The notes under the pieces: generated by a model | The model's database searches: none | Seen by the model: only the letters and a program-made list of their open reading frames with translations | Told to the model about the DNA's origin: nothing | Shown: positions 8,826 through 14,887 of the stretch, piece after piece | How positions within the stretch are numbered: the first letter of the stretch is position 1 | Layout of the letters: each line of letters opens with the position of its first letter | Assembly: GCA_043801585.1 (NCBI GenBank) | Contig: JAZDLX010000102.1 | Location: forward strand, 1 to 21,148 | Length of the DNA: 21,148 bases | From: a bacterium | Lineage (GTDB): Bacteria > Electryoneota > Electryoneia > Electryoneales > Electryoneaceae | Direction of reading: 5' to 3' | Program-made: the position numbers and the translations under genes

Positions 8826-10214
8826 ATGACCGGAAAACACAAGGAACGAACTTCCACGCTGATAACATTCAGCCTGCTGACAATACTGCTCCTGCTGAGT
8901 GGATGTTCACGTTCCACCACGCCGCCGTTGACCATCGGTGTGATCGGCGATCAGACAGGTACAGAGAACCTGGACGCCGCCTACGCAATCCTCGACTCTG
9001 CGATTCAGCGGATCAACCAGCGCGATCCGCAGGTGGTGATCCATGTAGGCGACCTCGTTGAAAGCATCAAGGACATTGACGGATTCGAAACCTATCAGAA
9101 GAATTTTCAGCGTGCCACGGAATTGCTGGACCAGCTGAAGGCGCCCTGGTACCTCACCGCCGGCGATCATGATGTCAACCCGCCGAACTTCCTCGCAAAC
9201 TCACCCGATCGATCCCGTGAAAAGTGGTTTCAGGAGCTCTGTGCGGAGTACGGCCTTCCTGTCAAAGAACATCTCTACTACAGCAAGGACGTTCGAGGAT
9301 ACCATTTCATTTTCCTCTATTCCATCGAACAGTTGCATTCGGATCCACGTTGGGGTCCGATCTTTCTTGACCACATTTCACAACAACAGCAGGAATGGCT
9401 CGCGGACGATCTTGAGAAGCACAAGGACGCGTACGGCATCGTCGTCGTTATTCACCACCCGCTGTGGTACGTCGATTCCTGGTGGCAACCGGTCCACGCC
9501 CTGCTGCGCCAATATCCCGTGACGGCGGTGATCGCCGGGCACTACCACTACGATCAGTGCGACCAGCTCCTTGACGGCATTCAGTATTACGTGATGGGCG
9601 CAACCGGCGGAACGGTCAAAAACAGCGATCCCGCATCCGGAGGTGTTGCCGAATACGGTATGATGACGATTCAGGGACGGAAGGTGCTGGACTTCACCTT
9701 GCGCAGCGTAATGACCGACGACACCCTCGAACTGACACCGCGCATCAGTATGGACCGCATCCAGGCGCTCTCCTCGATGTTCAGCAATTTATGGTCGGAT
9801 GAAAACCTCCATTGGGATGGAAACCGAGTCGTTACCATCGCGCCAAACGGCTCCCACATCCCGGTAACGCACATCGGACTCGAGTCGCTGGGCAATCCCC
9901 TGGATATCCCGATTGAGATGGAGATGGTTTCTTACTCGTCGGGACTGATCAACCCGCGTTGGATGCTGAAGGACGGCGCCGTTGAGGCGAACGCCGGGAT
10001 CACACTGCAACCTGCGGAACGGATCGGGTGGGCGAATTTGACAAGCGTTGGGAATTGGAGGACTCCCTCATCCCTGTTTGTCGCGGATCTTGCACCTGAT
10101 TTGACAAAAGCCTCTCCGCCGCTCGAGATCACCCTGAAAACACGTTTCGAGGACATCCGTCCCCGTTGGATCGAATACAAGGCAACCTACAAAATAACAA
10201 ATGTAACCAACTGA
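8826..10214 (+). CDS. Calcineurin-like metallophosphoesterase lipoprotein with unassigned C-terminal domain
   Basis: AAGGAG before ATG 8826; lipobox LSGC; motifs IGDQT, HVGDLVE, TAGDHD (GNHD variant), IHHP and AGHYH. Confidence 0.85.
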   Translation: MTGKHKERTSTLITFSLLTILLLLSGCSRSTTPPLTIGVIGDQTGTENLDAAYAILDSAIQRINQRDPQVVIHVGDLVESIKDIDGFETYQKNFQRATELLDQLKAPWYLTAGDHDVNPPNFLANSPDRSREKWFQELCAEYGLPVKEHLYYSKDVRGYHFIFLYSIEQLHSDPRWGPIFLDHISQQQQEWLADDLEKHKDAYGIVVVIHHPLWYVDSWWQPVHALLRQYPVTAVIAGHYHYDQCDQLLDGIQYYVMGATGGTVKNSDPASGGVAEYGMMTIQGRKVLDFTLRSVMTDDTLELTPRISMDRIQALSSMFSNLWSDENLHWDGNRVVTIAPNGSHIPVTHIGLESLGNPLDIPIEMEMVSYSSGLINPRWMLKDGAVEANAGITLQPAERIGWANLTSVGNWRTPSSLFVADLAPDLTKASPPLEITLKTRFEDIRPRWIEYKATYKITNVTN

Positions 10215-10252
10215 TATTGCTTTACGTTAGATTCAGTACCCTCATCATGCAG

Positions 10253-10282
10253 AACCGCCCATCTCCGTTGAGATGGGCGGTT
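10253..10282. terminator. Strong hairpin between the phosphoesterase stop and the tRNA 3' end (probable terminator)
   Basis: Perfect 13-bp stem AACCGCCCATCTC-cgtt-GAGATGGGCGGTT between convergent units; U-tract is poor. Confidence 0.7.
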
Positions 10283-10290
10283 GCATATCG

Positions 10291-10334
10291 TACCCCGGGC
10301 GCGATTCGAACGCGCGACCTACGGATTAGGAATC
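10291..10334 (-). tRNA. 3' half only of tRNA-Arg(CCT): displaced tRNA fragment / attachment site, not an intact tRNA
   Basis: Minus strand reads GA-TTCCTAA-TCCGT-AGGTC-GCGCG-TTCGAAT-CGCGC-CCGGGGT-A: anticodon loop, 3' anticodon stem, variable loop, perfect T arm, acceptor strand. tRNA similarity stops 2 nt 5' of the loop; no D arm and no encoded CCA. Confidence 0.88.
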
Positions 10335-10481
10335 ATCTCTTTAAATTTATTGAAGTTATGAAGGATAAACGACTTGCCACATTAGTTACAAAGATTCCAA
10401 CAGCTTACAATTCTCGAATCGAAATTCAATTTCACCTACTCTCCACTCATTTTCACTGTTTTTACCCCTTCTTTCTGCAGC

Positions 10482-10503
10482 AATGCCCGACCATTGCCCA
10501 CTT
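10482..10503 (+). repeat. Putative integrase arm-type site pair (left end)
   Basis: AATGCCCGACC-ATTGCCCACTT, 11-bp period, preceded by four ~10-bp-period pyrimidine-rich units at 10430-10469. Confidence 0.55.
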
Positions 10504-10529
10504 GCTTAGCAGTCATTTTATCATTCTGA

Positions 10530-10549
10530 ACCTACGGATTAGGATCCAT
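10530..10549 (-). repeat. Second copy of the tRNA-Arg anticodon-arm/att core
   Basis: ACCTACGGATTAGGA at 10530-10544 is identical to 10317-10331. Confidence 0.8.
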
Positions 10550-10825
10550 GTTGGTCGACACCCATTGGTGAAACTGGGTGATCCTCTACCCACCTGCCAA
10601 CTGGAGCCCGGAAGAGAGCCCCCTTTCCCCACTCTTTTTCACGTCTCTTTCTTGATCACGCCCGTAGTTTGCTATTCGACCTTATCTCCACCTAAACCAC
10701 ACAGTTCCAACACTTTGATTCGTGCTTCCTGCTCCACATATTCACCCCGGCAAGCGCACCTGGGCGCAATTCTTAATGGACTCTTCACCAGGCTAATGGG
10801 GGTCCAATACTAAAAGGAGTAGAAA

Positions 10826-11263
10826 ATGTTAGGAAGAACAGATCAAGTGAGGCAGCAGGCGCATGGTTCGGCTACAGCAGCAAGTGGCGATGCGCTGGAA
10901 CCGACTGCCGATGGAACCACGTCGCTGAATCAGGAGGCAAGGCGTGTAGTCTTCGCTGGTGATCAGGGCGTGATTCAGGCGAGCGGAAAGCGGTTTTTCA
11001 GCATCGGAAGGATCGTGTCGGAGGTTGCCCAACGCGGCACCTCGACGACGGACTCCTGGGTTCGCTCACTGGTAAGGACCGGAGACTTGGAGGGGTTCAA
11101 GATCCGGGGGAAGCGCGGGATCTGGATCAGCGAAGACAGTTTCCTCGCGTACTTCGAAAAGACGGGGTTTGAACCCGAGTTGGTCCCGATCCACACATCT
11201 TTGCACAGCAGTCCTGTTAAGGAGGGCGATGAACGAGGCGTTCGGCATTCCCCAGATCGGTGA
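10826..11263 (+). CDS. Excisionase-like (HTH_17/MerR-fold) DNA-binding protein
   Basis: AAGGAG before ATG 10826; segment SWVRSLVRTGDLEGFKIRGKRGIWISEDSFLAYFE resembles Xis-type winged HTH. The last ~11 codons run antisense into the primase and may be artefactual. Confidence 0.65.
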   Translation: MLGRTDQVRQQAHGSATAASGDALEPTADGTTSLNQEARRVVFAGDQGVIQASGKRFFSIGRIVSEVAQRGTSTTDSWVRSLVRTGDLEGFKIRGKRGIWISEDSFLAYFEKTGFEPELVPIHTSLHSSPVKEGDERGVRHSPDR

Positions 11264-12317
11264 AAGCGAATTGATTGCGTTTCTCTTGCCATCCGGGTTC
11301 AATCATGTCGCGCAGTTCGCGCCAACCCTTCCCCTGGCAACCGTTGTGATGGCAACCAGCTGCGATTGCACCGCCAGGTAGCTGGGCGATGTAGGCACTT
11401 CGATCGGTGTGCTCGGAATTCCAGGGACAGACGCGGAAGATCCACTTCCGACCTTGCCCTCCATTCCAAGGGCGCGGTCCTGTGACATTCAGCTGATGAT
11501 CGCGGATCCATGCGTCCAAATCAAAGCGAGGAGAGGTTGAAGGGAGGTGTTGCAGGTTCAGAGATTGGATAGGAGCAGCAAGAGCCTCCAGCTTCTTCTG
11601 AGGGACTACTTGGATAGATTCAGGCGATTCATCCCACAGGGTTCGCGCCTGGCGATGAGGCCGCTCTGTCGTATTTGCACCCTTTCTTGCAATAGTCCCA
11701 TAGAGCTTCCAGATTCGCGCCGGGTTGTAGACGCTCGTGTCTACCTGCACTACTTCATCATCATATCGGAGCGCCAAGGCCTGCAGCACACGCTGTACAA
11801 GTCCGCCGTCATCCGCAGGGAGATCCACACGGTACATCAGGTGGCCACCGTTGCCCGAGGTGGCGATTACTGGTTCGGGCCATTCAAGCTGCCTTAGATC
11901 CTCCCGGATACACCTCACCTTGGCCATTGCAGCTTCAAGCTCAGCATCGGTTGAAGAAACACCGCTCGGACGGATCGGATCCGCATCTATCAGCAACCAC
12001 TCTCGCCGGTCGATTTCACTGTCATTGGTGGTTTTAAAGGCTGGTTCACTTATTCCGTACTTGTGGCGTCCATCACGTGCTTCTATATGAAGGGGATTGG
12101 GAAGGAAGTAGACACCTTTTGATCTGAGGGTCAAATCTGCAGCAGCAGCCGAGAGTTCCTCTAGATTCGTGAAGTATCCCGATGCTGTTTTGTGGGTAGG
12201 AAGTACGTCCAGAGCGCGTATTTCAGTATAACAGGAATCTCCCAGGAGGTATTGAATCGAACGTTTGATTTCGTTGATTACTTCATCGTTTGATAATTCA
12301 TTGATGCTCTTCTTCAT
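11217..12317 (-). CDS. AEP-superfamily primase-polymerase with Cys/His Zn-binding domain; truncated at the start of a D5_N/P4-type helicase module
   Basis: Motif I WLLIDAD, motif II SGNGGH, motif III region VDTSVYNPARIWKLYGT; CPWNSEH...CHHNGC; ends FTDLGNAERLVHRPP*. Confidence 0.8.
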   Translation of the reverse strand: MKKSINELSNDEVINEIKRSIQYLLGDSCYTEIRALDVLPTHKTASGYFTNLEELSAAAADLTLRSKGVYFLPNPLHIEARDGRHKYGISEPAFKTTNDSEIDRREWLLIDADPIRPSGVSSTDAELEAAMAKVRCIREDLRQLEWPEPVIATSGNGGHLMYRVDLPADDGGLVQRVLQALALRYDDEVVQVDTSVYNPARIWKLYGTIARKGANTTERPHRQARTLWDESPESIQVVPQKKLEALAAPIQSLNLQHLPSTSPRFDLDAWIRDHQLNVTGPRPWNGGQGRKWIFRVCPWNSEHTDRSAYIAQLPGGAIAAGCHHNGCQGKGWRELRDMIEPGWQEKRNQFAFTDLGNAERLVHRPP

Positions 12318-12329
12318 AATTCATCTTGG

Positions 12330-12527
12330 TTATTCTTCACTGTGCAGTCGTCTGTCGCCTGTCCCTCCGCCAAGTCGATAGAATTTCATCGCATTCTCCA
12401 GCTGGTAGCGGGTCACGCCGTACTTGCGCATAGTGGCCCGTTTCCCGAACTGATGGGTAAACATCATCATCTTGCTGCATTTACCACGATCTTCCAGTAG
12501 ATGAACGGTCTTTTCATGATACCCCAT
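12330..12527 (-). CDS. Small basic hypothetical protein, possible HTH
   Basis: GGGAGA before the ATG; ends 12 nt upstream of the primase start, same strand; HTH-like GKRATMRKYGVTRYQLENAMK. Confidence 0.5.
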   Translation of the reverse strand: MGYHEKTVHLLEDRGKCSKMMMFTHQFGKRATMRKYGVTRYQLENAMKFYRLGGGTGDRRLHSEE

Positions 12528-12663
12528 AAAGTCTCCCTTTCATTGGTTTCATCATAAGTCTACATAATTAGTATAAACTTTCCAAAACAACATTTCAACC
12601 CCATTTTAGCACTTTTTTCGTCGTTTTCCAGTTCATACTGTCAGTAATCCCCCACCTCCCCTC

Positions 12664-12710
12664 TGCCCAGAATTCGGCACTGCCCAGTTTTCGGTGCCCA
12701 ATATTTGGCA
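12664..12710. repeat. Three tandem quasi-palindromic TGCCCA-N6-GG(CA) boxes (operator/enhancer or iteron)
   Basis: TGCCCAGAATTCGGCA (12664), TGCCCAGTTTTCGG (12681), TGCCCAATATTTGGCA (12695), in the divergent intergenic region. Confidence 0.65.
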
Positions 12711-12762
12711 ATTCACACTGAGGGACTCCAGCCAATCTCTTATAATTCTTGTGGTTACAGTC

Positions 12763-12779
12763 CTGGCACAGCACGTGCA
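12763..12779 (+). promoter_or_regulatory. Putative sigma54 (-24/-12) promoter for the 12884 ORF-integrase operon
   Basis: CTGGCACAGCACGTGCA versus consensus YTGGCACG-N4-TTGCW; GG (12765-66) and GC (12777-78) are separated by exactly 10 nt. Confidence 0.55.
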
Positions 12780-12883
12780 ATTGTCCTTTACGGTTGGGGA
12801 CTAACCACCCCTATTCACCATACTGACGCGTCAGCCTTTTTCAATCACGCGGGATCATCCCGCATTGTGAAAGGCAGGACACC

Positions 12884-13390
12884 ATGATTTCTTCAGGTAT
12901 TCATGAGCTGTTGCAGCAGTACGGCATGATCACCCTCCCTCAGTTGCAGGAAGGTCTCCCCCGCCGTCGTGACGGACAAACGAGCACAATCGGTATGAAC
13001 CGTCTACGCGAATTCGCCCGGCTCGGATTGATCCGCGCCACAGTTCTCAACCGACAGGAACAAGTCGTTCTCAACCGCGAACAAGTTGAGTGGTTCTTCC
13101 GCACAATGCCGACCGGTGATCCTAACCGGCAGCTCATCCATCAGAGCTGGTACGAGGACAACCTCTACCTCGGTGAATCGATCAGGTTCAGCGATCTCGA
13201 TAGCCTCTCCCCCCCTGCCAAGACCGAGCGAAAGGAGGAGCTACGTGAGCTGCGACGTGTCCTGAAAGAACAGTACAGGCAGCTCGCCTCCCTCCTCTCG
13301 GATTCTCAGGAAGAAGACCTGGAGTTCCTGCGTCAACGGATCGTTGACAGAATAGCCGAGATCCGCAAACAGGTTCGCAATCAGGAATAA
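12884..13390 (+). CDS. Hypothetical protein: putative N-terminal HTH (Xis/MerR-like) plus C-terminal coiled coil
   Basis: AGGA before the ATG; IGMNRLREFARLGLIRAT segment; charged helical tail (EELRELRRVLKEQYRQL...IAEIRKQV); immediately upstream of the integrase. Confidence 0.6.
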   Translation: MISSGIHELLQQYGMITLPQLQEGLPRRRDGQTSTIGMNRLREFARLGLIRATVLNRQEQVVLNREQVEWFFRTMPTGDPNRQLIHQSWYEDNLYLGESIRFSDLDSLSPPAKTERKEELRELRRVLKEQYRQLASLLSDSQEEDLEFLRQRIVDRIAEIRKQVRNQE

Positions 13391-13420
13391 GAATAGGTGA
13401 ACAAATTGGGAGGATTGGTT

Positions 13421-14473
13421 ATGGCGTGGCTCGAGAAAAAGGAGTACGCAAACGGCAAGCGGACTTGGTTCGTTCGCTTTAGGAACTCTGACGGCAGTAA
13501 AGGCTCCAGGGTACTTGGAGTTGGACTCACAAAACGTGAGGCGCAACAATTGCTGTTAGAATTTGAGAGAAAACAATCGTTGATTGCATCAGGTCTAGCG
13601 ACGCCCGAATTGCTCGATTGCAATCTCTCAGAATTCATCGAGCGATACAGGATCTATTCTGAGATGAACAAAGCGGCGAGTACGGCTCTTCGGGATCATG
13701 ATGTACTCCGTCGGCTCTTCGAGTTCGTCGGGGACCTGCAGCTTCGAGAGATCACCCGTGCGATGATCGAGTCCTACATCTCAAAACGAATCAGGGGGGT
13801 GCGACCAGGCACAGTGAACGTGGAGCTGCGCCACATGAAGGCTGCGTTCAACCAGGCGATCCGATGGGAGCTTCTCGAAAGGAATCCGGTGAAGGGAATT
13901 CGATTGCTGAAGATTCCACAGTCTGACGTTCCGAAATATTTAGAGAAGGAGCAGATCGACAGACTGCTTGATGCGATGCAAGATGATCCATTACTTCCGC
14001 TCGTCAAGTTCTACCTCTTCACAGGTGCACGCTTACGAGAGGGACTCTACTTGCAAGGTGAAGATGTTGACCTGAAACGGAAGATCGTTTTCTTCCGTGG
14101 CCGGTGGACGAAGAACAAGCGGAACCGAATTATCCCTTTCGGACAACTACCTGAGCTTCAGGAGTTGTTGGAGCGACAATCGCCGGAGCAGGGTCGTCCT
14201 GTGTTTCCGTCAAGCGAGGATCCTGAAAAGATGTGGTGCGTCGATTGGATCAGTCGCCGGATCAGTCGTGTGTTCAACAAGATTGGGATCCCCTGGGCTA
14301 CCACTCATACACTTCGGCATACATTTGCATCTCATCTCGTTATGCAAGGAGTGGAGCTGTTCACAGTATCGCGCTTGTTGGGACACTCGTCCGTTACGAT
14401 TACCGAACAGCATTACGCTCACCTCGCCCCAGCCCATGCAGAACAGGCACTGGCGAAACTCCCCTACCGCTAG
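13421..14473 (+). CDS. int: Tyrosine recombinase / phage-type integrase, apparently intact
   Basis: GGAGG before ATG 13421; N-terminal arm-binding-like strand region (WFVRFRNSDG), SAM-like core-binding domain, catalytic TGARLRE, TKNKR, HTLRHTFAS, LLGH, HYAH. Confidence 0.95.
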   Translation: MAWLEKKEYANGKRTWFVRFRNSDGSKGSRVLGVGLTKREAQQLLLEFERKQSLIASGLATPELLDCNLSEFIERYRIYSEMNKAASTALRDHDVLRRLFEFVGDLQLREITRAMIESYISKRIRGVRPGTVNVELRHMKAAFNQAIRWELLERNPVKGIRLLKIPQSDVPKYLEKEQIDRLLDAMQDDPLLPLVKFYLFTGARLREGLYLQGEDVDLKRKIVFFRGRWTKNKRNRIIPFGQLPELQELLERQSPEQGRPVFPSSEDPEKMWCVDWISRRISRVFNKIGIPWATTHTLRHTFASHLVMQGVELFTVSRLLGHSSVTITEQHYAHLAPAHAEQALAKLPYR

Positions 14474-14478
14474 TATTG

Positions 14479-14500
14479 AACGCCCAGCTAATGCCCACTA
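14479..14500 (+). repeat. Putative integrase arm-type site pair (right end)
   Basis: AACGCCCAGCT-AATGCCCACTA, 11-bp period, same orientation as and similar to 10482-10503. Confidence 0.55.
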
Positions 14501-14508
14501 AAAACAAC

Positions 14509-14550
14509 GAGGGGACTTCCAAGTATTGCCGGAAGTCCCCTCTATTTATT
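14509..14550. terminator. Probable bidirectional intrinsic terminator after the integrase
   Basis: Perfect 12-bp stem GAGGGGACTTCC-N10-GGAAGTCCCCTC, A-run upstream and TATTTATT downstream. Confidence 0.75.
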
Positions 14551-14835
14551 TCACTCCGAGTGAAGTCAGGGTTCGACTAAACGGATTAAAAGTTGTAAGC
14601 TACAATTCCACGCTAATGCAAAAATTGTTTTTTAACTCGTGAAAAATTTACGCATCAATCCATCTGCTACTAATACATATTGAAATGGTCTTTTGTCTAA
14701 GACCCAGGAATTATGATTCCACCTAAACCCAATAATCACAAGAGACTACAACAAGTAACAGCAGATCAATTAGGCGTTTGAATAATCAGGGGTTTTGTGG
14801 GCTGTTGGCAATTGATGCTGTTATTTGCCGGTGAG

Positions 14836-14855
14836 TGGTCCAGAATTGGTCCAGA
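14836..14855 (+). repeat. TGGTCCAGA direct repeat pair, putative arm-type sites of a second element
   Basis: TGGTCCAGA at 14836-14844 and 14847-14855, 11-bp period. Confidence 0.45.
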
Positions 14856-14887
14856 GGTCAATCAATCGTGAAGGAGAAGATCATAGC

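Larger units (their letters stand above)
10335..14593. mobile_element. Minimal tRNA-targeting integrative element (tyrosine integrase, excisionase-like HTH, AEP primase), probably internally deleted
   Basis: Gene content; left boundary at the tRNA fragment; right boundary at a degenerate tRNA-like core (ACGGATTA 14581-14588); matching 11-bp-spaced (T/C)GCCC(A/G) pairs at 10482-10503 and 14479-14500. The right boundary is inferred. Confidence 0.75.

Noticed and set aside
1050..9522. Long antisense or alternate-frame ORFs (1050-1949, 3913-4869, 5046-6095, 6594-7157, 7904-8488 and others)
   Set aside because: Shadow ORFs of well-supported GC-rich genes, with no recognisable motifs.
10291..10370. 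Intact or intron-split tRNA-Arg
   Set aside because: No D arm or 5' acceptor strand seen in the window, and no recognisable group I intron elements after the break.
10166..10813. 215-aa + strand ORF
   Set aside because: Runs across the terminator, the antisense tRNA fragment and att arms; no protein-like motifs.
10975..11302. Frameshifted continuation of the primase into a helicase
   Set aside because: Neither alternative minus-strand frame shows D5_N tryptophan motifs or a Walker A; the region is better explained by the + strand Xis-like gene.
12664..12710. CRISPR-like mini array
   Set aside because: Units are 14-17 bp, abut without spacers, and no cas genes are present.
10687..14729. 12-bp direct repeat TCCACCTAAACC at 10687 and 14718 as element ends
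   Set aside because: Several 12-mer repeats are expected by chance in 21 kb, and it does not coincide with the tRNA-derived cores.
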